The notes under the pieces were generated by a model. The model saw only the letters and a list, made by a program, of their open reading frames with translations, was not told the origin of the DNA and made no database searches. Source: Hemiscyllium ocellatum (lineage: Eukaryota). Taken from it: DNA of 64,000 bases. Location: contig NC_083417.1 of assembly GCF_020745735.1 (NCBI RefSeq), positions 72,230,001 to 72,294,000 on the forward strand, given 5' to 3'. The position numbers and the translations under genes were made by a program. Positions 14,191 through 28,670 of this stretch are shown piece by piece (positions within the stretch are counted from its first letter, which is position 1; each line of letters begins with the position of its first letter).

Positions 14191-16471
14191 TACGAGTGTA
14201 TGTGAAAGTATGGGTTTGTATGTCTCTGTTCTGTTATGTTTCTCAATTTGGTATTTCCCTGCATGACAATATTAACTAATTAATACGTTGGTGTCAATCT
14301 GGCATTAAAAAGCTCAAACTATCTAAAGATCACTACTGGAAGTGTAATTTGAACTTTGAAATAGGTATAGGATATTCAGCCCTTCAAGCCTGTTCCACCA
14401 TTCAGTGAGATCATGGCCAATCGGTGGCTGAACTCCACATAGGTGCCTTTGACTTGTATCCCTGAATAAGATTGCTCAACACAAATGTTTAGAATTCATA
14501 TGTGCATTGAACAACTGATCCACATCCAATGCTGTTTGAAAAACAGTTTCAAACATCTCCTCCTTTGCTTCTCAGAAGCTCTTCCTAATGTCTCACTTGA
14601 ATTGCCTGGCTCTAACTTTTAGATTATGCCCTTAGTTTTATTATCCTTAAAGAATTTCCATTGGTTATCTTTTCCAACCTGTCTTTTCATGCTTATATCT
14701 TGTAGAATTCAAACACATCACTCCTTAACCTTCTAAATTCCAATGAAAGCTGGCATAATTTGTATAATCTCTCCTCGTAACTTAACCCTAAAGTCCAGTA
14801 TCATTCTTCCACCTATGTTTAACCCTTCCAAGTCCAGTATGTCCTTCCCAATATGTGGTGCCTAGATCTGCTCATAGTCAGGCCTTCAAATGGGGTTGAA
14901 CCTAGGTTTTATAAAGCTACATAGTAATGAAATATTATGCTACAAGTTTTTGTTCAAAAATCTCATCATTGTTGAGAAATTGTATAGTTAAGCTTTATAT
15001 TTCTTTCTCCCTGTCTCAAAACAAACAATTATTTAATTATTACAATATGATTTAATCTGTATTCAGCGATGTGAACATTCAGCCGTGGGGGTTTGTAACA
15101 GTGATGACCTTTCAATTATGCTTTCTCTGCCAGAAAGTTTAAGTTCTTATGAAGTATTGCACAACTTATAAACATATTATGAATGAGGAAGTGGTTTATT
15201 TCCACCTCCATCGACTTACATCATTGTTCCAAAAGTATCACTGTGGTTCAATGGAAACATCTGATATTGTTATTTCACAACATGTGATGGAACGCTAATA
15301 ATGACCTACTTGCACATTTTTGTTTGTGAACTTATTGCTAATTTGAACATTATTTCCAACATCCTTTAAGTCATGAACAGTTCATTACTGGGAAAAGCTT
15401 CATCGTGCCATTTAATTGGTCAGATGCTCATCTCCATCTTATTATCTCATTAGCTTGTGTGTTATTTTCGAACACTTCATATTCAGTTTAAGTAAGTTTG
15501 TAAATTCTTTTGTAATATAATGAAATGTCCAATCATAATATTTATGCATAGTACAGACCATGCAATTACTGTCAGCATCCATATTAAAGATATAAATTGT
15601 TAATAACTGGTATTGAACTACATTTGAAATAATTATCCAGAACATTTGAACAGAATAGTGACTCCTCTGGTATTCAAGTATCATTTATTAAAATAGTAGA
15701 AACAGAAAAGGAAGTAACAGGGTTAGACAATTTGACCCTAAGAACCTGCTCACCTTTCAATGTGTGCATAATTGATCATTCAAATTAGTACCGTGTTCCT
15801 GCTTTCTGTCGATACTCTTTCATTCCCATAACACAATAAACAATATCTAACTCCTTCTTGAAAAGATTGAATTGTTTGGCCTCAACTGCTTCCTGTGGCA
15901 GAGACTTCCACACTCTCACTACTCTCTGGGCGATGAAATTTCTTTTCAACTCAGGCCTCAAAGACAGACTCTACATTCTAGACTGTGACTCCTGGTTCTG
16001 GAGCCGAGGTCATGGGAACATGTTTCCTGCACTTCTCCTGTCTGATCTTGATGGAATTTTGGTTTCTATGAGATTACCCCTCATTCTTTGAAACTTCAGT
16101 CAATGTAATCTAGCCAATCCAGCCTCTCTTCACACATCAGTCCCACCTCCACAGGAATCAGTCTGGTTAACCTTCACTGCACTCCCTCAGAAAAGGAGAC
16201 CAAAACTGCACACAATCCTCCAGGATGTAGTCTCATTGAGAACCTATAAGATGCAGCAAAATATCACTGCCCTGCACTCAAATCCTCTCATTAAGAAGGC
16301 CAACATACCATTTGCCTTCTTCACCAACTATATGCTTAATTTCAAAGACAGTTGTACAAGACAGCGACCTCGTTGTATCTCTCCATTTCTAAATCTATCA
16401 GCTTTCAGATAATAATCTGCTTCCTGTCTTTGCGGCCTCAGTGGATAGCCTCACAATTTTCCATATATTGT

Positions 16472-16784
16472 GGGTGGCACGGTGGCATAGTGGTTAGCAC
16501 TGCTGCCTCACTGCGCTAGAGACCCGGGTTCATTTCCTGCCTCAGGCAACTCTCTGTGTGGAGTTTGCACATTCTCCCCGTGTCTGCGTGGGTTTCCTCC
16601 AGGTGCTCCGGTTTCCTCCCACAATCCAAAAATGTGCAGGTTAGGTGAATTGGCCATGCTAAATTGCCCATAGCGTTAGATGAAGGGGTAAATGTAGGAG
16701 TATGGGTTGGGTGGTATGCGCTTCAGCGGGTCGGTGTGGACTTGTTGGCGAAGGGCCTGTTTCCACACTGTAAGTAATCTAATC
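16472..16784 (+). mobile_element. HE1-type SINE
   Basis: Full head, core and taatc tail. Confidence 0.9.
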
Positions 16785-16800
16785 AGTATCCCACTTCAGA

Positions 16801-17149
16801 AGAATCAGAATCAGAATCCTGACAGTGTGGAAACAGGCCCTTCAGGCCAACAAGTCTACACAGACCCGCCAAACAGTAACCCACACAGACCCATTTCCCT
16901 ATCCTATATTTACCCCTGACTAACGCACCTAATCTACATATCCCTGAACATTATGGTCAATTTTAGCATGACCAATTCACGTAACCTGCACAACTTTGGC
17001 TTGTGGGAGGAAACCAGAGCACCTGCAGGAAACCCACGCACACATGGGGAGAATGTACAAACTCCACACAGTCACCCGAGGCTGGAATCAAACCCAGGTC
17101 CTGGGACTATGAGGCAGCAGTGCTAACCATTGTGCCACCGTGCCACCCC
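16801..17149 (-). mobile_element. HE1-type SINE, inverted relative to the neighbouring copy
   Basis: Reverse-complement head/core; (agaatc)n tail; ccacttc repeated on both flanks. Confidence 0.85.
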
Positions 17150-18263
17150 ACTTCTGAGTTTGCCACTCGGAAAAAGACCCGTTTATTTCCTAACTTTTGT
17201 TTCCGGCCTGCCAATCAGATTTATATCAATGTTAGTAAACTACATCCAATCGCAACCACTTTTATTTCACAGGCTAATCTCTTATGTATTCTGCTGTTCT
17301 ACAGCAAGGTATCCACAACCTCGACTAATTACTACTTTCAGGGATGACAAGAAACCTGGCTCTGTATGTGCTCTAATCATAGCATCCAAGGTCCTTGGCA
17401 AAGAACTGTAAAATGGGATTAGAACAGTTCGGCACTTATTTATAATTGGCATTTGATGACCCAAAAGGCCTTTTTCTGTAATGTAGATGTCAATGCATTT
17501 GACTCAACCATAAGTCAGTATTGCAAGGCAGTGAGCCTTTATGCTCTGGCTAAAGTGCCAACGTACTGAAAGATAAGGTAGAGCAAGGCACATAAAGGCA
17601 TGGAAACATAAAGTAAAGCAAGTATAGCATAGCAGGGATGTGGAGCAATTAGTCAGTGCACTCATTCCTGGAAAAATTGAGGAAAGGCTAAACAAGCTAG
17701 GCCTCTACCCTCTGAAGTTTAGAAGAGATGGAGGTGACTAAATTGAAACATGTAAGATTGTGAGGGGACTTGACCAGGTGGGTATCGAAAGAGTGATTCC
17801 TCTTTGTGGGAGAATCTAGAAGTAGGGGCCAGTCTTTAAAAATAAAGGATTATGGATTTAAGGCAGAGCTGAGGAAACTTTTTTTGTCTTTTACAGGTTT
17901 GCGAGTAATTGGAATTCCTTTCTTCTTTCTGGAGATCATGGCTGCAGAATCTTTAAATATTTCTGAAGGCAGATATAGATAGATTCTGGATGTAGGCTTG
18001 CTGGCTGAGCTGCAGGGTTCATTTCCAAACATTTCGTTACTCTATGAAGTAACATCTTCAGTGGGCCTCAGGCGAAGAATGCTGAAAATTCCTGCTTTCT
18101 ATTTTTATGTTTGGGTTTCTTTGGCTGGGTGATGTAATTTTCTGTGGTGAGATTATTTCCTGTGGTGAAATCACTTCCTGATCCTTTTCTCAGGGATTCT
18201 TGATAGATTCTTGATTACCAAAGTTAAGGTTATCATAGATATACAGGAACGTACAGTAGAGTT

Positions 18264-18264
18264 G

Positions 18265-18306
<42 letters not shown>

Positions 18307-18330
18307 CAGACAGATAGATAGACAGACAGG
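18264..18330. repeat. (GATA)n/(GACA)n microsatellite
   Basis: Directly visible. Confidence 0.95.
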
Positions 18331-19679
18331 CAGGTCAATAGAAAGAAACTTATTGTTACTTGTGTTCGTGAAATACAGTAAATATGTATTCATCACTATA
18401 ATAACAGCACTATTTGATTTTATAAATAATATATAAAAATCAAAAAGAAAGTTAAGACAAAGTTAAGTTCATTCCATGGCCTCTGGATTTCACAAACAGG
18501 CCACTGCTAAAGACTGAGGTCTGTCCAATTGCAGAGGGTGGACGGCTGCCATAACTGCTAAGGACAAAAAGTCAGTTCAGCTCCATAATGTTATGAAGCA
18601 GGCTTGAAGGATTGAGTGGCCAACCTTGTTCTATGTTTGTATGTTAAATGTTGAACCTGATCAAAATTTTCCGAAAATTTCAAATAAATCACATCTGCTG
18701 GGTTCTCCCCATTAACTGTACTGCATATATCCTCAAAACATACCAGTAGATTTGCAAAGCATAAACTTTTCATAGATCCTTTCAAATTCTCTCTGACGCT
18801 TTCACTCTTTTCCAAGTACTGTGCTTTTAAATCGTTTGTAATGGACTCTAACATTTTCCTACTAATGATATAAGTGTGATAATTTCACAGATCATAATTT
18901 CCTATAATGTTATTTCTTAAAAATCAACATTTTCCCAACTGCCATCAGTTCTGAGGAAGGGACAATGGACTTGAAATGTTAATTCTGATTTCTCTCCACA
19001 GATCCTGCCAGACATGCTGTGCTTTGACAACAATTTCTGTTTCTATTGTTGTGGTTGTATGTAGTTTCCATCTCTTTATATTTCTTTTTTTAAAAATTGT
19101 GGGATATATTGCTGCTCGCCAATTCCTAGAAAGTGTTGCAGGATCCATAAAAACTTGAAGAAATGATCACCAATGCATCTACTGTTTCAAGGGCCACTTC
19201 CTTAAATAGACGGTTGTAGATGGTTGAACATTTGGGATCTATCATCCTTAAATCTCATTCATTTCCCAGAACTATTTCCCTACTAATGCCTAATTCCTTT
19301 AGTCTCTTTGTCTCATTAGGCCTGTCTTCCCAACTTTATTGAGACCTTACTTGTGTCCTGCTTTGTGAGGACAGAACCAAACTGCATATTTAATTGGACT
19401 GACATTTCTTTGTTCCCCAATATGACTTTCTCTGTTTTTGACTGTCAGCGACTTACATTTGAGTGAGCTACTTTTTCTTTCCTCTTCGCATAACTCTAGA
19501 AACTTTTACAATCATTTATCATGTGCCATGCGTGCTTACTCTCCCATTCCACTTCCCACTTATGGTCAATCCCTTTGTCCTCCTTTGCTGAAATCTAAAA
19601 TGTTTTCAGTCCTCAGGTCAGATAGTTTTTTGTTTAATTTGTATGCCCTTTATTCAATTCTAATATTACCCCAATTCTC

Positions 19680-20700
19680 CTTCACAGTATATATTAATGA
19701 TAAAGGAACAAAATGTAACATCTCAAAGTTTGTAGATGATATTAAGTTTGGTGACAGGTTTAATAATGATGAGGATGAAGAGATCTTTCAGTATGATCTG
19801 AAAAAATCGGGTGAGTGTGGAAATCAATAGCAGAAGTAGTATAATTTGGATTAATATGAAGTTATTCATTTGGAACCAAAAACAATGTGACAGAATACTA
19901 TCTGAATGAATGTAAATTGGGAGAGGGGAGTGTGCAATGGAACTGGGTGTCCTTGTGCACAAGTTGCAGAAGTAAGCATGCAAGTGCAACAGGCGGTACA
20001 GAAATGCAAATCTTATGTTCGTCTTCATTGAAAAAGGTTTCACGTACACGAGCAAGAATATATTGTTGCAGTTATACAGGGCCTTGGTGAGGCCATACCT
20101 GGAATATTGTCAGCAGTTTTGGTCTCCTTTTCTGTTTATCCAGTTTATTCCAGGGACGTCGAGACTGATGTGTGGGGAGACATTGACCAGGTTAAGATTG
20201 TTTTCAGCTGCAAATGTGTTGCTGGTCAAAGCACAGCAGGCCAGGCAGCATCTCAGGAATAGAGAATTCGACGTTTCGAGCATAAGCCCTTCATCAGGAT
20301 TGTTTTCACTAGAGTTCAGATGAGTGAGGAGGGATCTCACAGAGACTTATAAAAGTTTAACAGGACTAGACAGGGTCGATGCAGGGAGATGTTCCCGATG
20401 GTGGGTGTGTTCAGAACCAGAGGTCACAGCCTGAGGATTCAGAGTGGGCCATTTAGGATGGAGGTAAAGAGACATTTCTTCACCCAAGAGTGGTGGCCCT
20501 GGAAGTAGTTGATGGCAAAGCATTGAATGCATTCAAAAGGTGGCTGGATATAACATTTGGGGCGAGTAGGATCGAACATTATGAGGAGAAAGCAGGATTA
20601 GGCTATTGAGTTTTACTATCAGCCATGATTGCAATGAAAGGCGGAGCAGGCTTGAAGGGCCAAATGGCCTCCTCCAGCTCCTATCTTCTATGTTTCTGTG
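19680..20700 (+). mobile_element. CR1 LINE 3' fragment
   Basis: ISKFVDDIK, LQLYRALVRPYLEYC.QFWSP, GHSLRI motifs; interrupted at 20207-20297. Confidence 0.85.
20207..20297 (-). mobile_element. Short Penelope-type element with hammerhead-like core
   Basis: Minus strand CTGATGA-AGGGCTTATGCTC-GAAA-CGTC; 11-bp direct repeat gattgttttca at 20196-20206 and 20298-20308. Confidence 0.7.
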
Positions 20701-20889
20701 TTTCTGTTTCTGAGCTGTGGTTAGGCCCTATTTCCAATTTTATTTTCCTGTCATACTTAAATACAACACTGCAGAAATATTTACTACTAATATCAGCAAG
20801 CATGTATGTGACAGTACTGCTGTATTAGAGCATCAGAAAAGATCATTTGAGTTCAATACGTTTACAAAATAAGTTCGAGCTTCATTTAG

Positions 20890-21220
20890 AGTGGCACAGT
20901 GACTCAATGGTTAGGACTGTTGCTTCACAGTACCAGGGACCCAGGTTTGATTCCAGACTCAGGCGGCTATCTGTGTGGAGTTTGCACATTCACCCGGTCT
21001 CTGGATGCACTGGTTTCCTTTCGCAATCCAAAAGAAGTGCAGGTAAGGTGAATTGACGTTGCTAAATCGCCCACAGTGTTCAGGGATGTAGGTTAGGTAC
21101 ATTAGTCAGGAGAAAATGCCGAGTAATCAGGTCAGAGAATGGGTCTGGATGGGATACTCTTCAGAGTGTTAGTGTGGACGTTTTGGGCCGAATCGCCTGT
21201 TTCCATACTGTAGGAACTAT
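20890..21220 (+). mobile_element. Degenerate HE1-type SINE
   Basis: Head and core motifs present. Confidence 0.75.
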
Positions 21221-21385
21221 TTCTTTAGGCCATTCTTTGTACTGACTCATCAAGAAGTCATGTTATAAAGTGCTTTTCTCCAAGTTTTGTTTCAATACAG
21301 AAAATTAAAAAATGTAAAAAAGGTATCATGTACTATAAATGCAATTTTCATTGACTGCTTTCAAGGAAGTGGGGTTTAACTTTTC

Positions 21386-21562
21386 AGATTAGATTACTTA
21401 CAGTGGAAACAGGCCCTTCGGCCCAACAAGTCCACACCGACCTGCCGAAGCGCAATCCACCCAGACCAATTCCCCTACGTTTATCCCTTCACCTAGCACT
21501 ACAGGAAATTTAGCATGGCCAATTCACCTAACCTGCACATATTTGGACTGTGGGAGGAATAC
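21386..21562 (-). mobile_element. HE1-type SINE, 3' part
   Basis: agattagattacttacagtggaaacaggccc tail. Confidence 0.8.
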
Positions 21563-21867
21563 GGTAAGTCAGAATTGTTCGTTTGATCACAGAGAAAGGA
21601 ATGTTCAAAAATGTGGCAGCATCTCATAAAGTGCATAAAGCAAATTGATTCCATCGGCAAGGGCAACAGCCATAAGAGGGCACAATATCAAAGAATGCCC
21701 TCAGCATAGCAATAATTCAATTTGTCTTCCATCCCTGCATTGAAGTTGAAATCGAGCAACGTTTTTGCAGTTTCACCTTAGTACTGCAACTTTGTGTGTT
21801 TGACAGAAATAATCCAATTCCATTTTAAAATCATATATTTCCCTTCTCTGCAAACATATTCACTATC

Positions 21868-22139
21868 TTAGATTACTTACAGTGTGGAAACAGGCCTTAG
21901 CCCAAGTCCACACCAACCCGCTGAAGCGCCACCCACCCAGACCCATTCCCCTACATTGACTCCTTCACCTAACATACATTTTTGGACTGTGGGAGGAAGC
22001 TAGAGCACCCGGAGAAAGCCCAGACAGACCCAGGGAGAATGTGCAAATTCCACACAGGCAGTCGCCTCAGGCAGGAATTGAACCCAGGTCTCTGGCGCTG
22101 TGAAGTAACAGTGCTAACCACTTTGCCACCATGCCGCCC
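21868..22139 (-). mobile_element. HE1-type SINE
   Basis: Reverse-complement head, core and tail. Confidence 0.85.
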
Positions 22140-23989
22140 ATCACAATGCAAATTGATGAAGAAGCAGATACTTTATCAAATAAGAAGCATATTGGTATTC
22201 TGGTGAAAGCTTAATTCATATATATGTCTTAGCATCTGTCTGCACCATGTAGGCCCATTCTACAATTACACTGTGCCTTTATCCATTTTTTAAAATTATT
22301 GTCGAATTGACTGCATCTGACATTCTCACACGTATTTATTTATATTCATTGTTCAATCGTAAATTCCCAGGCGAGGCCAGCAATGATGGCCTCCCAAAAT
22401 GAGCATGAGAAGTTAATGTTGAGGAGAATTCTTAAACTACTAAAGTTAACATGGTGCAAGTAAAATCAGCATTTTGTTCAGTAATTGGTTTTAGGACTTT
22501 CAATGCAGAGACAGGGCTGTCTGGGCTGCCAGCTTCCAATTCAGCATGCTGTGAAAGTTGGAGCTGAACTTACAGGAGATATTTTTCCCAGGTGCCTGCT
22601 GTCCTTATTATTCAAATTGGGAGAGGTTTTATAGTTAGGAAGTTCCATCATGGGAGAGCAAAGAAATATTATAATACAAGTGAAAGGAATGGACTATTGG
22701 GCCTATCAAGTCTGTACAGGCTTTCATCTAGATTATAGATGTCATTCCAACCCCACACCATTTTCTATTGATGACTTTCACTAAAAGGAAACAATCAGTT
22801 TCTGTTATTACCATACTCCATGACTGGCCCTCAATATTGCTCTTAGTGGAGAATTGTAATAGCTCATTATCCTCTGGTAAAGAAATCCTTCCTCTTCTCA
22901 GTCCGAAATATCCTCCTGATACTCCATGATGTTGGTTCAGATCCCTGCTTACCCCCTCCACAACTGCCATAATCAGTGAAGGGGAAACATCCTTCCTGTA
23001 TGCACCTTGTTGAGTCCTTTAAGGATTTTGCGTGCTTCAACAAGAACTCTTTTATATCTTTGAAACTGTAGTGAGCATCAGCTTAATATTTTCAAGCTTT
23101 CCTCTTTGGACCATCACATCAACTAACTCTATGAACTTTCAGTACACTACCTTTATGGCAAGTATATCCATCTTAAGCACAGGAGATCAAAACTGTACAC
23201 AATACACAATAGTTTGGGTGTCTGTACAATTACAGTGAATCTCTTTTCTCCTGTACCCAAAATATGTTGCAATTGAGGCCCAAATAACACTTAACTTGCT
23301 TATTCCTTACTGTTCCTCTGTATTAAATTTCAGTGACTCTTATGATAAAAAATGAACAGATCCTTTTAGGAAGTGATCATTCCCAAACTCCCACCATTTA
23401 AGAAGAAGTCCATTTTCTGTTGTATTTCAACCAGAGTAGATAAGTTCACACCAACTTCACATTCCATCTGCAACAGTCTTGTTTTTTTTTCTGTCTGAGT
23501 TCCCAGAAAGTCCCCTAGCATTCTCCTCATAACTCATACTTTAATCTAGAATTACATCATCCACAAACTTGGAAATATTGTAATTAGATACTCTACATCG
23601 AACTCAGTTATACAGATTGTGAACTACATCACAGCAGTTTTCTTTGTGGCACCCCATTAGTCTCACACTGTCAAGGTGAGGATGATCCATTTATTCCAAT
23701 TTTTTCCCTTTCATTTAGAAAGAAATGCATGCAAAATATTAACACTAATCCCAAGTGTGCGAATTTTATTTAAAATCCATTTATGTGACACCTGATTAAA
23801 AAGCTGCTGAAAATCCCAATACACAATATCCATGAGATGGACCTAAGTTTCCTGGTTGATAAATTATTCTACAATTAATTGCATACATCACCAAAATGCA
23901 ATACCTCACATTTATCCAAATTAAACTCCTTCTTCCACTCCACAATCCATTTACCAAATTGACCAAGATGTCTTTGCAACCTCAATGCA

Positions 23990-25240
23990 TGGCAACATAG
24001 AGCTGAATCTGCACAAGAGAGATCATGTCTGACAAATCTGTTAGAATTCTTTGAGGAGGTAATGAGCAAGTTAGACAAAGCAAAACTAGTGGACGCGATC
24101 TACTTGGATTTCCAGGAGACCTTTGCCAAGGTGCTGTGCAGAAGGCTGCTGAATACAATAATATCCCATGGACTTAGGGGCAAGGTACTGGCGTAAATGA
24201 AAGACTGGTTGACACACTGGAGGCAGAAAGAGAAAGGGTAAAGTCATATTTATCATCAGAGCTATCAGTAACTTGTTGAGTTCCACGGAGGTCACAATAC
24301 AATCTGGATTAAGGAACTGAGGGCATTGCTGCTATGTTTCCAGATGATGACAGGTTGATGGAAGGGTAGTGTTCATGAAGCAGGGAGGCTGCAGAAGGAC
24401 TTGGACAGACCTGGAGAATGGGCAAAAACGTGGCAGATGGAATACAATGTGAGCAGGTGTGAGGTTACGTACGTTATTAGGAAGATTGGAAGCATTGACT
24501 GTTTACTAAATGGGGAAAGGCTTCATAATTCTGAGCACAAAATGACTGAGGAGTTCTATTTGAGGATTCTCTTAATGTTAAATGCAGCTCCATATGCCAG
24601 TTAACAAGGCAAATGCAGCATTAGCATTCATTTAAAGAGAGTTAGAATGCAAGTGCAGTGATGTACTGCTAAGGCTGTGCAAAGCTCTGATCTTACAGCT
24701 TTTGGGACATTCTTAGCAGCTTTGGACACTGTATATAAGGAAGGATATATTGACATTGGAGGGGTCCAGAGGAAATCTACATAAATAATCCTGGGGATGA
24801 AAGGCCTATCATATGACGAGTAGATAAGGATTGTGGATCTATACTCAGTGGAGTTTAGAACGGTGAGAGGGATGCTGTTTGAAACTTACAGGATACTGAG
24901 AGGCCTGAATAGAGTGGACATGGTGAAGAGGTTTGCACTAGTCAGAGAGACTTGAACAAGAGGACAGAACTGCAGATTTAATGGGTGACCTTTTAGAACT
25001 GAGATTAAGAGGAATTTCTTCAGGCAGAGGGTAATTAATCTGTGGAACACATTCCTTCAGGAGGCTGCAGAGGCCAAGTGCATTTAAGACAGAGGTAGGT
25101 TCTTGATTAATTAAGGGATCAAGAGACAAGGGGAGAAAGCAGGAAAATGGAGTTGAGAAACAGACCCACCATAATCGAATGGTGAAGCAGACTTACTAGG
25201 CTGAATGGCCTAATTCTGTTCCAAGATTTTATGGCCTTCT
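23990..25240 (+). mobile_element. CR1 LINE RT fragment, degenerate
   Basis: SCLTNLLEFFEEV, LQKDLDRPGEWA..WQMEYN and CR1 3' end motifs. Confidence 0.8.
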
Positions 25241-26414
25241 GGTGTTTAATGCTTAATCCCAATTTAGATCATAAATTTTCCTCTGTCCTTTATTGTTATA
25301 TCAAGCAAAAAGCAAGTGCTGTCATGTCTGCATTAAGGGGATTTATTGTCAGACCATGTCCTAATCATCCATGTCCCAATTATCCCAAACTAATCTAGTC
25401 CCACCCGCCTGCCTTTGACTTATAATCCTCCTTTTTTATTCATGTATTTATCAAAATCGCTTTTAAACATTCTCCATGATGTGGAGGTGCTGGTGTTACA
25501 CTGAGGTGGACAAAGTTAAAAATCACATAACACCAGGTTAAAGACCATCAAGTTTATGTGGAAGTACTAGCTTTCCGAGCTCTGCTCCTTCATCAGGTAG
25601 GCTCATCAGAATGCGACAGCAATGGAATGAAGAAGCAGGCCTCTGAATGCTCGTACTTCCAAATAAACCTATTGGACTATAACCCGGCAGTGTGATTTCT
25701 AATCTTTAAACATTGTAACTGTACTGGGATCCATCACTTCCTCTGGATGTTCATTACAAACACAAATCACTCTCTGTGTAAAAAGAAAATTCAAAAATGC
25801 TTGCTTTTAAAATTTTTCTTCCTTTTACATTAAATATTTTACTGGTACCTATATGCATATATTTCATGAATATTAACTCCTCAGGAGAGGTATTGTGTCA
25901 TACTTTATCTCTTGACAGCATATACCTTGATACAATTGTTGCAGCATTCTCCACATCAGCTTTACTTTTTCATGGTTATAAATGATTAGCCTGCCATCTT
26001 AATGTTCACCCTGTTGTGCCATTTACTTTAAAGTGAAAACTGGTAGCTTTCAGTAACCCCAATCATTCATTGCACACTGGGAAATAATCTCTGGCCCCTT
26101 TATTCGGTTTTCTATGCAAAATTGCTTGCACCAGCAACTGATACTGGAGGTTTTGTGATTTGCAAGCTTACATTTTCAAAATCCCCCTGTTTTGTTGAAT
26201 GTTCTAATTTTCAATTCAATATGATTACTTAATCTTACATTAACCTGTTAATGTAAACTTACTAGTAAAAGTGGCACTATGTTTATCGTGACCTTGTACT
26301 CAAGCGCATTTGGGTGGGACAGTCTCATTCAGCTGCGGAACCAGTCAAGAAAATGTGAAATTATCAATTCGCTATCTTGCCTGCCAACGTTCTGTGTCTG
26401 AATGTTTGTAATAT

Positions 26415-27357
26415 TTATTCTGTTTGTAATTTTTATTAATGACTTGGATGAGGGAGTCGAAGGGTGGGTCAGTAAATTTGCAGATGATACGAAGATTGGT
26501 GGAGTTGTGGATAGTGAGGAGGGCTGTTGTCGGCTGCAAAGGGATTTAGATATGATGCAGAGCTGGGCTGAGGAGTGGCAGATGGAGCTCAATCCTGCCA
26601 AGTGTGAGGTTGTCCATTTTGGAAGGACAAATAAGAATGCGGAATACAGGGTTAACGGTAGGGTTCTTAGTCAGGTGGAGAAACAGAGGGATCTTGGAGT
26701 CTATGTACATAGATCTTTGAAAGTTGCCACTGAGGTGGATAGAGCTTGTAAGAAGGCCTATGGTGTATTAGCGTTCATTAGCAGAGGGATTGAATTCAAG
26801 AGTCGTGAAGTGATGTTGCAGCTGTACAGGACTTTGGTTAGGCCACATTTGGAGTACTGTGTGCAGTTCTGGTCGCCTCGCTTTAGGAAAGATGTGGAAG
26901 CTTTGGAGAGGGTGCAGAGAAGATTTACCAGGATGTTGCCTGGAATGGAGAATAGGTCGTACGAGGATAGGTTGAGACTGCTAGGCCTTTTCTCGCTGGA
27001 ACGGCGAAGGATAAGGGGTGACTTGATAGAGGTTTATAAGATGATCAGAGGAATAGATAGAGTAGACAGTCAGAAACTTTTTCCCCGGGTATGACAGAGT
27101 GTTACAAGGGGACATAAATTTAAGGTGAAGGGTGGAAGGTATAGGGGAGATGTCAGGGGTGGGTTCTTTACCCAGAGAGTGGTGGTGGCATGGAATGCGC
27201 TGCCCGTGGGAGTGGTAGCGTCAGAATCACTGGTGACCTTTAAGCGGCAATTGGATAGGTACATGGATGGGTGCTTAAGCTAGGACAAATGTTCGGCACA
27301 ACATCGTGGGCCGAAGGGCCTGTTCTGTGCTGTATTGTTCTATGTTCTATGTTCTAT
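26415..27357 (+). mobile_element. Young 5'-truncated CR1 LINE (ORF 26402-27094 is RT C-terminus)
   Basis: Uninterrupted FVIFINDL...SKFADDTKI...LEYCVQFWSP...RGDLIEVYK; (ctatgtt)n tail. Confidence 0.92.
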
Positions 27358-27619
27358 ATTCAAAACGTAAAGAGTTCAGTAATTTGTACATGACACAATT
27401 TACTCGGCCTCTGAATGAATATTTACTCCAGTGCGGATTCCCAACATTACCGGCTAAATAAGGCCAAATTCGGGAATTGTTAACTTGTTTTTCATTTAAT
27501 TTGACATGAGATGAGCCAGAAATGTCACTGTTTACTGATCGTGGATTAAATGTCATTGATAACTGCATCCCACCCTTGTTATTTAATGGAATGATGACTC
27601 TTCTCTGTGACTTTGGAAG

Positions 27620-28090
27620 GTCAGTCTGGAGAGAAACATAAGGAATTCCGTGTGATTTATAGTCCGTACTTTTTTGTTAAAGTTCATTTTTGGTCACTTG
27701 TCACACGAGCAGTTGCAAATATCACATGCGATTATCTGCTATGACAAAATATAGAGGAAAATTCCAAGGCACAGGAATCAGACATGGCAAATTTCAGCGG
27801 TTAGCCGTTAAAAATTCCGCGATTTTAATCACGTCCATTGCTTAATTCACATTCCACATGAATAACATCTCACAGAAGTCATGGGTCCAACTTAATACTG
27901 AACTCTGAGCCACTTCTGCATCAAGCCTGATTTCCACTTGAAACAAGCCGCCGATTATTTCGATTATGGTTCTGCTGGGTGCTGGATAACGTTATTATCT
28001 GAGTTGCACTGCCGTTTATAAGATACTCTAGAAACCATACTTATACTATTGTGCCGAGGGAACAGGCAATCGCCTAAACTATATTCATTT
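27620..28090 (+). pseudogene. Possible highly decayed V-domain exon
   Basis: After an AG at 27618-19, frame reads GQSGEKHKEFRVIYSP...ANITCDY (cf. FRVSQTP...ATITCAF); YYCAEGTGNRL at 28044-28076; stops and wrong motif spacing between. Confidence 0.3.
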
Positions 28091-28670
28091 GCCAGTGGAA
28101 TGTCTATCATTATTTCTTATGAAGGAAGTAATAGCACATTTGGAAAATCCTAATAGAATCAAACAAATTCATTTTTTTTTCAAAAGATAATAATATTTTA
28201 CGCAGAATTTAGAGCTATTCGAGGCCTGGTGAATTCGAGCTACGTGAAAAACTAATCTAAAAGAATATCGAACAGGAAGATAACGTGAAAACAAGCAGTG
28301 GACAGGTTCAGTGAATAGAAAGATGTTAAGCAGGTGGGAGTATCATCTGAGGAATTTGGTGGGAATAAGAGAAATCAGTAAGTGATTTAACTGGATGTAA
28401 ACCTTAAAATTCTGTAGAATATTGGAATGTCCGTGTCTTTATAAGAAAAAAACGTTAACACTAAGAAACAGCAAGCATTTGGTTGCAGAATGAGTCTTTA
28501 TAGATTGGACGATCTGGTACAAGTGGAGCAGAGGCTCGCTAAGAGCTGTTAGGGACATTGATGAGATCGGACCTGAAGACTGTGACAAGTTTGGCCCCCT
28601 GAACAAGTGATAACCTTCAATTAGAGACAGCTTACAGGAGGTTGTCTGGATTGTTACTTCGACTGGGAAT

